64,000 nt of DNA from Myxococcota bacterium (GTDB taxonomy: Bacteria; Myxococcota_A; UBA9160; UBA6930): positions 3,968,001-4,032,000 of the forward strand of contig OZ245002.1 of the NCBI GenBank assembly GCA_965223415.1. The letters run 5' to 3'. The notes below the pieces were generated by a model. It saw only the letters and a program-made list of their open reading frames with translations. It was not told the DNA's origin and did not search any database. How positions within the stretch are numbered: position 1 is the stretch's first letter; each line of letters begins with the position of its first letter. This document shows, in pieces, positions 46,986 to 55,265 of the stretch. The translations under genes and the position numbers were made by a program.

Positions 46986-48046
46986 CCCGCCGGCGCCGCT
47001 TCCTTGGCCTGGGCCAGCTCCGCCTCGATGATCTTCACGAACTCGTCGACGGGCTGGGCGCCCTTCAGGCCGATGCCGTTGACGAAGAAGGCGGGCGTCC
47101 CGGTGACGCCCGCGCTGCGGCCGTCGGCCACGTCGGCCTCGACGGCGGCGCGGTGGCGCCGCTCGCTCACGCAGGCGCGGAAGGCCTCCAGGTCGAGCTC
47201 GGCCTGCTCGGCGGCGGCCTCGAGGCCCGCGACCTCGAGGTCCGCGTCCTCGCCGAACAGCAGCTCGTGGTAGGGCCAGAACTTGCCCTGGTCGCCGGCG
47301 CACAGGGCGGCTTCGGACGCCGCGCGCGCCCGCGGGTGGATGCTGTCGAGGGGGAAGTGGCGGTAGACGAAACGCACCTCGTTCGGGTAGCGCTTCAGGA
47401 GCTCTTCGATGATCGGCTCGGCGCGCCGGCAGAAGGGGCACTGGTAGTCGCTGAACTCGATGATCGTGACCGGTGCGTCGGCGCTCCCCAGGGAGGCCCC
47501 GGTGGCGGCGACCTCGATGCGCGGCGTCTCGATGAGCACCTCGACGACGGCGTCGTTGCGAAGCTCGGTCACGAAGGCCTGGGCCGCCTGCGGGCCCTTC
47601 TGGCGCTCCAGGTGGCTCCGGATGGTGGAGCCGGCGGTCTCGAAGTCGACGTCCCCCATCGAGCCCTTGTTGCGCTCCCAGAAGGCCAACACCTCCGCGT
47701 CGGTCACCGCCATCCGCGCGGTGGCCTCCTGCTGCATCATCTCCTCCGAGTCCATCCCGCGCACCTTGGCTTCGCGCTCGACCAGCCGCTCGTTGATGAT
47801 GTTCTCGACCGCCTGCTTGCGGAGCTCGTGGAGCTTGGCCGCGTCTCCGTCCTGGCTCGCCTGGCGGAAGAGCTCGTCCTTGATCCAGGAGTCGACTTCC
47901 GCGACGGTAATGTCGACGCCGTCGAGGCGCGCGGCGGCGGTCTTGTCGCCGGTCGTTTCGGAAGGGGTCGTTCGGGTACAGCCCACGGCCAGGACGCTCC
48001 CGAGCAGGAGGATGGCGGCGATCGCGAGCAGTCGGTGGAGTCGCAT
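46982..48046 (-). CDS. DsbA-family thioredoxin lipoprotein with SurA-N-like region
   Basis: Lipobox LAVGC; motifs EFSDYQCPFC, RHFPL and GTPAFFVNG. Confidence 0.9.
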   Translation of the reverse strand: MRLHRLLAIAAILLLGSVLAVGCTRTTPSETTGDKTAAARLDGVDITVAEVDSWIKDELFRQASQDGDAAKLHELRKQAVENIINERLVEREAKVRGMDSEEMMQQEATARMAVTDAEVLAFWERNKGSMGDVDFETAGSTIRSHLERQKGPQAAQAFVTELRNDAVVEVLIETPRIEVAATGASLGSADAPVTIIEFSDYQCPFCRRAEPIIEELLKRYPNEVRFVYRHFPLDSIHPRARAASEAALCAGDQGKFWPYHELLFGEDADLEVAGLEAAAEQAELDLEAFRACVSERRHRAAVEADVADGRSAGVTGTPAFFVNGIGLKGAQPVDEFVKIIEAELAQAKEAAPAG

Positions 48047-48147
48047 GGGGACCTCACGGGGGGGGGCGGGGTGGATGGGCTCCGGACGGCCGGAGCCATC
48101 TGCTGCGCGTCCGGGGGCCGGACGGCCGGAGCCAGGATGCGTAGCAA

Positions 48148-49011
48148 ATGGCGCCCCATCCCGTGAGCAGGGAACTGCCGGCCGCCGTGAGAGGGGACCC
48201 GCCGGGCGGGCTCGTCGCCTCTCTCCAGGCCGGCGCCGGCAGCGGAGCCCTCGTCCTGGAGGCGGCGAGGCTCCTCGGGGGCCGGCGAGAGCTCTGGGCG
48301 CCGGCCGTGCTGCCGGTCGCCCTCGCGGCCCTGGCCCTCGCCGGTGCCGCCGCCGGATTCGTGGCCTGGGCCGACGAGCTGCACTCCTTCCTGGCGGCGA
48401 CGCTCCCGGTGCTCAGGGCGGAGGCGTGGTGGGAGTGGCTGTGGGTCGGGCCCGGCCGCGCGCTCGTCTGGCTCCTGCCCAAGCTCGCGCTCGTGCTGGG
48501 CTTCGTGCTGGCCCTGGTCCTCGCGTTCGTACTGGCGAACCTGGCGGCGGCGCCCTTCCACGAGGTGCTGTCCCGGCGGGTCGAGCGCCTGGTCACCGGC
48601 GACGTACGGGAGGTGACCGGCGACTCGTTCTGGGGAGAGGTGCGCGCAGCGCTCCGCTCGGTGGCGGAGGAGGCGAAGCGCACCGGCTTTTTCTTGGCCG
48701 TGAGCGCGATGATCGTCGCCGCGGGCGTGGCGATTCCCGGCGCCCAGCTGCTCGTCCCGCCGGCGCTGCTCGCCCTCAGCCTGGCGTTCCTTCCCCTCGA
48801 CTACGCGAGCCACGCCCTCGACCGCCGGCGCCTGCCCTTCGCCGAACGCCGTGCCTGGCTCACCCGCCACCGTGGCGCCATGCTGGGCTTCGGCGCCGCG
48901 GCCTTCGGGCTGTGCGCGGTCCCGCTGCTGAACCTGCTGGCGATGCCGGTGCTGGTCGTCGCCGGCACGCTGCTCGTCCTGCGTCACCCGCCCGAGGCGG
49001 AAAGCGCCTAG
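48148..49011 (+). CDS. EI24/CysZ-family membrane protein
   Basis: Multiple TM segments; NLAAAPFHEVLSRRVE, PLDY and VPLLNLLAMPVLVVAGT. Confidence 0.8.
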   Translation: MAPHPVSRELPAAVRGDPPGGLVASLQAGAGSGALVLEAARLLGGRRELWAPAVLPVALAALALAGAAAGFVAWADELHSFLAATLPVLRAEAWWEWLWVGPGRALVWLLPKLALVLGFVLALVLAFVLANLAAAPFHEVLSRRVERLVTGDVREVTGDSFWGEVRAALRSVAEEAKRTGFFLAVSAMIVAAGVAIPGAQLLVPPALLALSLAFLPLDYASHALDRRRLPFAERRAWLTRHRGAMLGFGAAAFGLCAVPLLNLLAMPVLVVAGTLLVLRHPPEAESA

Positions 49012-49036
49012 GGACGACACGCTCGAGTGTCCGCGC

Positions 49037-49795
49037 CTAGACCGCGAGAGCCTCGCCCAGGAACTGCCACATGCGCTTGAGCGCGGCGCCGGGCAGCTCG
49101 CCGTGGGTGCAGTCGTACCACTCGACCTGCTTCGGCTCGCCGGCGGCGGCATGCAGGGCCGCGGCCCGGTCCTCCGGAATGCGCTCGTCCCGCCGGGCGT
49201 TCACGAACAGCACCGGACGCGGGGCGATCGCGCCGACGAAGGCCAGCGGGTCGTGCTTCGCCGGCGCCAGGCCCCCGCCCCCGAGGGCGAGGGCCGCCGC
49301 ACGTACCCGCCGGTCCGTGGCGCAGAAGGGGGTGCCCAGGATCGCGCCCAGGCTGAAGCCCGCGTAGCCCACCCGCCCCGCGTCGATCTCGGCCAGCGCA
49401 CAGAGCGCGTCGAGGCAGCGGCTCAGATCGCCCGCGGCCTGGCGCTGGAGATCCCCCCAGAGCGCCTCCAGGCCCGGCGTGCGCTCGCCCTCGGTGGCGA
49501 GCGCCGCCAGCACCCGCGCGCCCAGCTTCGGATCCGAGCGCTCGCCGTGCAGGGGGAAGTCGATGCGGGCGATGGCCGCGCCGCCCAGGACCCACGGCGA
49601 CGTGACCGTGTCCATCACCGGGTCGTCCTTGCTGCTGCCGGCCCCGTGCTGGACGAGGACGAGCGGGAAGGGACCCTCGCCTTCTGGCAGGAAGAGCCGG
49701 CCCGGTACCCAATCGGCCCCGTGGCTCACCTCGAAGCGCAGGCCACCTTCGAAGGGCTCGCTCCAGAAGCCGAGGGGTTCGTCGCGGGCGGGCAC
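49037..49795 (-). CDS. Alpha/beta hydrolase
   Basis: LVQHG, nucleophile elbow GFSLG, RDERIP (Asp) and CTH (His). Confidence 0.85.
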   Translation of the reverse strand: MPARDEPLGFWSEPFEGGLRFEVSHGADWVPGRLFLPEGEGPFPLVLVQHGAGSSKDDPVMDTVTSPWVLGGAAIARIDFPLHGERSDPKLGARVLAALATEGERTPGLEALWGDLQRQAAGDLSRCLDALCALAEIDAGRVGYAGFSLGAILGTPFCATDRRVRAAALALGGGGLAPAKHDPLAFVGAIAPRPVLFVNARRDERIPEDRAAALHAAAGEPKQVEWYDCTHGELPGAALKRMWQFLGEALAV

Positions 49796-49804
49796 CCGCG
49801 GAGT

Positions 49805-50401
49805 CTAGCGGGCCAGGAGCACCCGCCGGGCCCGGTAGAGGTGCGACTTCACCGAGTCCTCGCTCTTCGCGGTCATCCCGGCGATCTCCTGGATCGAGCG
49901 ATCCTCGAGGTGGTGCAGGCGGAAGAGCTTCCACTGCTCCGGCGACAGGTCCTGGCGGGCGGCCGCGGACAACCGGTCGAGACGCTCGAGGTACTCGTAG
50001 TCTTCGTGGGGGCTGGTCCCACTGTGGCCCGCGGGGCCGAGGTACTGATCGTCCTCGGGAAGCGGAACCGTGTCGTGGCGCTTGCGCTTGAACCGGGAGG
50101 CGATGGTGCGGCGGGTCAGGCCGAACACCCAGGCGGCAAAGGGCGCCTCGCCGCGGAAGGAGTGGAGGGAGGAGAAGAGGTTGAAGAAGACCTCCTGGAC
50201 GATCTCCTCGGTGTCGGCCCGGTTGCTCACGCGGCGATCGACGAAGCGATAGACGCGGGGGAAGTAGCGGGCGTACAACAGCTCGAAGGGGGCGCGGTCG
50301 CCCTCGGCGACTCGCGCGACGAGCTGCTCGTCGGTGGCCTGGGCCAATGCGTTCCCAGCGATCTTCGGCCCGGCCGCGGGCTCGGCGTTCGGCGCTGCCA
50401 T
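49805..50401 (-). CDS. ECF RNA polymerase sigma factor
   Basis: DEQLVARVAEGDRAPFELLY, EEIVQEVF, FRGEAPFAAWVF; region 4 SIQEIA...SVKSHLYRAR. Start codon uncertain. Confidence 0.9.
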   Translation of the reverse strand: MAAPNAEPAAGPKIAGNALAQATDEQLVARVAEGDRAPFELLYARYFPRVYRFVDRRVSNRADTEEIVQEVFFNLFSSLHSFRGEAPFAAWVFGLTRRTIASRFKRKRHDTVPLPEDDQYLGPAGHSGTSPHEDYEYLERLDRLSAAARQDLSPEQWKLFRLHHLEDRSIQEIAGMTAKSEDSVKSHLYRARRVLLAR

Positions 50402-50504
50402 GGTCTCCCTTCCCATTGTGCCAGGCTGTCCCAGAACAGCCTCCCCCGTCATGGGAAGTGACCGGCCCCACGCGTCGGGTGTCAAAGAATGTCACCCCAC
50501 AGCG

Positions 50505-50529
50505 AAAAAAAGTGCGGGGTTACCCCCGC
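50505..50529 (-). terminator. Intrinsic terminator ending the ParA-CBM operon
   Basis: Minus strand GCGGGG-GTAA-CCCCGC-AC-TTTTTTT: a GC stem with a GNRA loop followed by a U7 tract. Confidence 0.75.
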
Positions 50530-50564
50530 GGGGGAGGGGTTCAGGGGCCGGGGTGGGTGGCGGG

Positions 50565-51086
50565 CTAGAGATCGCCGTCTCGAAGGCGGCTGCGGAACCG
50601 GAAGGCGCCGGCCGGCCCCTGGCCGCGGGGCTCCTGGCGCGGCGGGTTCGGCTCCGGCGCCGCACGCCCCGGATCCTCGGCGACCAGGAGGGCGCCCGCC
50701 GGCGTCCGCACTAGCCTCCACAGCTCGATCCTCCCCGAGCCGCCGCCGGCCGCCAGCCGGGTGCGCTCCTCGAACCGCTCGGCGACCAGCAGGGCCCGCG
50801 GGCGCAGGGAAGGGTCCAGCCGGCGTTCGGGGGCGAGCTGGGCCCAGTCCGCGATCCGCGGCGCGAGCCAGGAGAGCTCGCCCACCAGGGCGGCCCAGGT
50901 CTCGAGATCGCGGCCCGGGGCTGCCGGCTGCACCAGTCCCACGCGGCCCTCGGGATCCCGCACGACGTAGGCGATGCGGCCGGCGCCGCCGAGCAGGTTC
51001 CGGGCCACCACCTCGAGGGGCGTGGGCAGCGCAAGCAGGGCCGGGCGCAGGTCGTCCGTCGGCGGGGCCAGGGGCACGGCGCTCAA
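50565..51086 (-). CDS. Hypothetical protein, possibly a degenerate NucS/PD-(D/E)XK fold
   Basis: TTG start overlaps the upstream stop. GRIAYVVRDPEGRVGLV...WL...RALLVAERF resembles the NucS-like pattern but lacks the catalytic D and ExK. Confidence 0.5.
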   Translation of the reverse strand: MSAVPLAPPTDDLRPALLALPTPLEVVARNLLGGAGRIAYVVRDPEGRVGLVQPAAPGRDLETWAALVGELSWLAPRIADWAQLAPERRLDPSLRPRALLVAERFEERTRLAAGGGSGRIELWRLVRTPAGALLVAEDPGRAAPEPNPPRQEPRGQGPAGAFRFRSRLRDGDL

Positions 51087-51853
51087 TGCAGGTCGTCGCG
51101 CAGGAGCAGGGCGACGTCGCGCAGGGCCCGCGCCGCCCGCGTGCAGCCGAAGCCCTCGCCGCGGGCGGGACCCTCGACCAGGGACCGGGCCAGCTCGAGC
51201 TCGTCGACCAGCAGGCCGTAGCTCGTGAGCGGGCGCTCGAAACGGGCGGCGAAGAGCTCCGCCAGCCCGTCGAACACGCCCCGGGCCTCGGCCAGGGTCT
51301 CGGCACCGCGCACCGTCACGCCTACCTGGGCGCGGGGAGCGGCGCTCAGCACTCGTTCGCAGAGCTCGAGGAACTCGCGCCGATCCGCGTCGGAGGCGCC
51401 GGCCACCAGCCAGCAGCGGGAGAAGAGCTGCGTGTGGGCGTCGTTCCAGGTGCGGTCCGACGGCACGTGGACCAGCACCACCGACCCGCTCTCCTGCGGG
51501 AGGGTGGCCGCCGCGTCGGCGGCGGCGCCGAGGAGCGGCCCGACGTCGCCGGCGGGGAGCGGCACCCAGGTCGGCGCAAAGGCCTCGCAGGCGAGGTCCA
51601 GCCACGCCGAGTGCTCGGGCTGCGGCTCGGGCGCCAGGAGGGTCGGCGCCCGTCCGAGGGCGCGCATCTCGGCCGCCAGGCTCCACAGGAGGGCGGTGCG
51701 GATCGGGTCCCGGGGATGGAGCGGCGCGGCCACGATCGGGCAGGGCTCCGCCTTCCCCGGTTCCTCTCTCCGGCCCGGGGGCTGGGAGGCGTCGTCCAGG
51801 AAGTAGTGGAGGACCTCGCCGAGCTCGCGGGCCACGGCTAGTCCCGATCCCAC
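51083..51853 (-). CDS. Degenerate MinD/FlhG-like protein (no Walker A)
   Basis: C-terminal FDGLAELFAARFERPLTSYGLLVDELELARSLVEG...AARALRDVA resembles FlhG/MinD; no GKT motif. Confidence 0.55.
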   Translation of the reverse strand: MGSGLAVARELGEVLHYFLDDASQPPGRREEPGKAEPCPIVAAPLHPRDPIRTALLWSLAAEMRALGRAPTLLAPEPQPEHSAWLDLACEAFAPTWVPLPAGDVGPLLGAAADAAATLPQESGSVVLVHVPSDRTWNDAHTQLFSRCWLVAGASDADRREFLELCERVLSAAPRAQVGVTVRGAETLAEARGVFDGLAELFAARFERPLTSYGLLVDELELARSLVEGPARGEGFGCTRAARALRDVALLLRDDLH

Positions 51854-51911
51854 ATCGAAGGGGAGCGCCGGCCCAGAGCCACGGCACGTCGAGAGCGATG
51901 CCGGATCACGG

Positions 51912-53000
51912 TCAGCTTACGACCAGGACGGAGTTTCGGCCTCCCACCGGGCCCGGCACGGCGTTGGGGTTGTCCGGATCCTCTCGCCACTCGCCGTCGA
52001 CCACGTAGCGGTAATGGTAGGTGCCGGGCGGCAGGTTCAGGATCTTCGTCCAGACCCGCTCGGCCCCCTCTGCCTGGACGAGGGAACGCACGTCCTTGTC
52101 CGGGACCCAGCCGTTGAAATCGCCGGCGATGCGCACGTCAGTGGCCCCCGGATCGCGGTAGCGCACGACCACCTCGCGGCCGCTGCCCGCCGCCTCCGGG
52201 CGAAGCTCCTCGCGCAGGGCGGGAGGCGGTTCGGCCAGGGACAGCTCCAGGGCGAGGGCCGCGTAGTCGCGGGTGCCGTTGGCCGTGCGCGCGAAGGACC
52301 CGATGGGCTGGCCGCGGCGGGCGGCCTCGCGCAGCTTGACGTTCGAGCGGATCACCGTGTCGAAGCAGAGGTCGCCGAACAACGAACGGATCTCCGCCAG
52401 CGTGTCCCGGGCGTAGCGGGTACGCCCGTCGTAGAGGGTGGGCAGGATGCGCACCGAGAGCTCGTGGCCGATGCGGTCGGAGAGCAGCGCGATCGTCTCC
52501 AGCAGCTTCTGCACGCCGTGGATGGCGAAGTCGCTGGTCTCCAGCGGGACGAGCACCTCCCCCGCGGCGCGCAACGCGTTGAAGGTGAGTACGCCCACGT
52601 TCGGCGGGCAGTCGATCAGCACGAAGTCGTAGTCGTCCCGGACGCTGGCCAGCGCGGCTTCCAGCCGCTCGGTGCGGCGCTCGGCCCGCTCGGCGGTGAG
52701 CTTCTGCTCGAGGGCCGAGAGCACGATGCCCGAGGGCGCCAGGTGGAGCGCGTCGCTCCAGGCCTGGATCACGTCCGCAAGGCGACCGGCGGCCGGCGAG
52801 CCCACGGGCTCCACCAGCACCTCGTACAGGTTCTCGTCCAGCGCCTCGGGGTCGTAGCCCAGGGCCAGAGTGGCGTGGGCCTGGGGGTCCATGTCGACCA
52901 CCAGCACCCGGGCGTCGGCGGCCAGCGCCCCCGCCAGGTTCACGGCAGTGGTGGTCTTCCCGCAACCGCCCTTCTGGTTGACGATGGCGACGATGCGCAT
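51912..53000 (-). CDS. ParA/Soj ATPase fused to a C-terminal AMPK-beta/CBM48-like carbohydrate-binding domain
   Basis: ParA motifs NQKGGCGKTT, DMDPQAHAT, IDCPP and IRSNVKLREA; then VRIAGDFNGW...LPPGTYHYRYVVDGEWREDPDNP...GGRNSVL. Confidence 0.92.
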   Translation of the reverse strand: MRIVAIVNQKGGCGKTTTAVNLAGALAADARVLVVDMDPQAHATLALGYDPEALDENLYEVLVEPVGSPAAGRLADVIQAWSDALHLAPSGIVLSALEQKLTAERAERRTERLEAALASVRDDYDFVLIDCPPNVGVLTFNALRAAGEVLVPLETSDFAIHGVQKLLETIALLSDRIGHELSVRILPTLYDGRTRYARDTLAEIRSLFGDLCFDTVIRSNVKLREAARRGQPIGSFARTANGTRDYAALALELSLAEPPPALREELRPEAAGSGREVVVRYRDPGATDVRIAGDFNGWVPDKDVRSLVQAEGAERVWTKILNLPPGTYHYRYVVDGEWREDPDNPNAVPGPVGGRNSVLVVS

Positions 53001-53075
53001 GAGCGGTCACCTCCTGACGAGGGCACTCGGAGGAAGGACCGGGGATGGGATCGGACCGGGGAGTCGCTGGGGCTG

Positions 53076-53104
53076 AAAGTAAACGCGACTGTGTAGGCCG
53101 TCAA
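53076..53104 (-). promoter_or_regulatory. Sigma-70-type promoter of the ParA-CBM operon
   Basis: Minus-strand TTGACG-N17-TACTTT in the divergent intergenic region. Confidence 0.6.
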
Positions 53105-53208
53105 CTCCGAAACCCCTGGAAGATCGCCGCCTTCGGGGGTTTTCTGCGAATGGGGTTGGAGCTTCGCCCGGGTTCGCCGCCTCTTGGGCCGTGCGGTAGC
53201 TTGGCTCG

Positions 53209-54357
53209 GTGGCGGACTCCAAGGCCAAGCCCCGAGATACCCGGACCTGGGTCGAAGATCCCCAGGGCCGGCGCCCCTTCATGCGGGGCATCATGATCCA
53301 CTCCCTGATGTCCCGGGGTGCCGACTTCGATGACGCCTACCGGGTGGCGTCGCAGATTCGCGACCAGCTGCGGGGCACCGAGCGGATCGGCCGGGACGAG
53401 CTGGCCGCCCTGATCGAGGATCACTTCCCCGGCAGTCTCGAGGAGCGGCCCCTGGCGATCGCGCCCGAGATCCAGGTCACCGGTGGGCGGGAGCCGACAC
53501 CGTTCTCCAAGGGCGTGCTCTCGGGCTCGCTCCTCGCCGCCGCCATCGAGCCCGAGCAGGCCCACGACGTGGGCCGGGAGATCGAGGCCGCGTTGGTGGC
53601 CCGCGGTGAGCCCTTCGTCGAGCGGGCCGAGATCCGCGCCCTGGCCGCCGAGACCCTCTCCAGGCGGCTCGGCGCGCGGGTCGCCGGGCGCTACCTGGCC
53701 TGGCGTTCGTTCCTGGATTCGGAGCGCCCCCTGATCCTGCTGCTGGCCGGGACCGCCGGCGTGGGCAAGAGCTCCCTGGCCCAGGCCGTCGCCCACCGGC
53801 TGGGCATCGCCGGCGTCACCTCGACGGACGCCATTCGCCAGGTGATGCGCATCATGCTCGGGCCCGAGCTCGTACCGGCGATCCACGCCTCCTCCTACGA
53901 CGCCCACAAGGTCGTCGTGCGCTCGGAGCAGGCCGACGATCCGGTGATCGACGCCTTCCGCGCCCAGGCCGCGACGGTCTCCGTCGGCGCCCGGGCGATG
54001 ATCGAGCGCGCCATCGAGGAGGGCACGAACCTGATCCTGGACGGCGTGGCCGTGCTCCCGGACCTCATCGACGTGTCCCAGTACGGCGATCGCGCCCATG
54101 TGGTCTTCCTCACCGTCGCCACGCTCGAAGAAAAGGCCTTCAGCAAGCGATTCGAGACGCGGGCGCGGGATGCCGCCGCGCGGCCGCCGCATCGCTACCT
54201 CGGCAACCTCGCGGCCATCCTGCGGATCCAGGACCACATCCTGGAGCTGGCGGAACAGCAGGACGTGCCGATCGTCGACAACGTCGACTTCGACGCCTCG
54301 GTGCGCTCGATCCTGCGTCACGTCACCGAGAGCCTCCGCAAGCAGGTGGGCTCGTGA
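53209..54357 (+). CDS. 2-phosphoglycerate kinase-like protein with tandem ATP-cone-like domains
   Basis: ATP-cone-like starts PFMRGIMIHSL and PFSKGVLSGSL; Walker A GTAGVGKS; STDAIRQVMR, IHASSY and ILRIQDHI. Confidence 0.8.
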   Translation: MADSKAKPRDTRTWVEDPQGRRPFMRGIMIHSLMSRGADFDDAYRVASQIRDQLRGTERIGRDELAALIEDHFPGSLEERPLAIAPEIQVTGGREPTPFSKGVLSGSLLAAAIEPEQAHDVGREIEAALVARGEPFVERAEIRALAAETLSRRLGARVAGRYLAWRSFLDSERPLILLLAGTAGVGKSSLAQAVAHRLGIAGVTSTDAIRQVMRIMLGPELVPAIHASSYDAHKVVVRSEQADDPVIDAFRAQAATVSVGARAMIERAIEEGTNLILDGVAVLPDLIDVSQYGDRAHVVFLTVATLEEKAFSKRFETRARDAAARPPHRYLGNLAAILRIQDHILELAEQQDVPIVDNVDFDASVRSILRHVTESLRKQVGS

Positions 54358-55184
54358 AGGACGGCCCGCTCCGCCGCCTGGCGGCGGCGGGTCTGGCGCT
54401 GCTTCTCACGGGCTGCGCCACCCTGACCGTGGAAGAGGAAGAGGCCCTCGGGCGGGAGCTCGAGCGCGAGGCCCGGCGCGAGCTGCGTCTGCTGCGCGAC
54501 CGGGTGGTGAACGACTACATCACCGATCTCGGCGAGCGCCTGCTGGCCGCCGCCGGTCCCCAGCCCTTCGAGTACCACTTCTACGTGGTCGAGGACGAGG
54601 AGATCAACGCCTTCGCCATGCCCGCGGGCGGCATCTACCTGAATACGGAGACGATCCTCGCCGCCGGAAACGTGAGCGAGCTGGCGGGAGTGATGGGTCA
54701 CGAGATCGGTCACGTCGTGAACCGCCACATCGCCGAGAACTACAACCGCGCTCGCGCCACCGGCTGGGCGCACCAGGCGGCGGTGATCGGCGCCGGCATC
54801 GCCGGGGGCAGCGCCGCCGCCGGTGCGGCCAACCTGCTGGGCGGGATGTCGGCCATGGCGTTCATCAACTCCTTCGGCCGCGACGCCGAGCGGGAGTCCG
54901 ACGCGTTCGCCGCCGAGATCCTGCCCCGGGCCGGCATCGATCCGGAGGGCACCTGGACCTTCTTCCAGACGATGAAGGCCGAAGGCGGTCCGAACGTCCC
55001 CCAGTTCCTCTCCAGCCACCCGGCCACCGACGAGCGCCTCGAGGCGGCCCGGGCACGGATCGAGGCGGCCGAGCTGCCGCCGGGGCTGCGCAAGGAGGAC
55101 GGCGGCCGGCTCGAGATCATCCAGCGTCGCATCGAGCTCCTGATGGGCTACGGCGCGCGGGATCGCGGCCGTCGGCCGCGCTGA
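54354..55184 (+). CDS. M48-family zinc metallopeptidase lipoprotein
   Basis: Lipobox LTGC; motifs INAFAMPAG, HEIGH, ERESD and LSSHP. Confidence 0.92.
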   Translation: MKDGPLRRLAAAGLALLLTGCATLTVEEEEALGRELEREARRELRLLRDRVVNDYITDLGERLLAAAGPQPFEYHFYVVEDEEINAFAMPAGGIYLNTETILAAGNVSELAGVMGHEIGHVVNRHIAENYNRARATGWAHQAAVIGAGIAGGSAAAGAANLLGGMSAMAFINSFGRDAERESDAFAAEILPRAGIDPEGTWTFFQTMKAEGGPNVPQFLSSHPATDERLEAARARIEAAELPPGLRKEDGGRLEIIQRRIELLMGYGARDRGRRPR

Positions 55185-55265
55185 GCGGTCCGCGTCGGGC
55201 GCCGGGACGCGGTGCGCGCCGGGCAGAGGCGGCAGGCGCTACGTTCGCGGGCGCACGGAGGAAGC

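Noticed and set aside
51912..53000. Chromosome-partitioning parAB locus or origin region
   Set aside because: No parB, recognisable parS palindrome or dnaA/gidA context; the protein carries an extra carbohydrate-binding-type domain.
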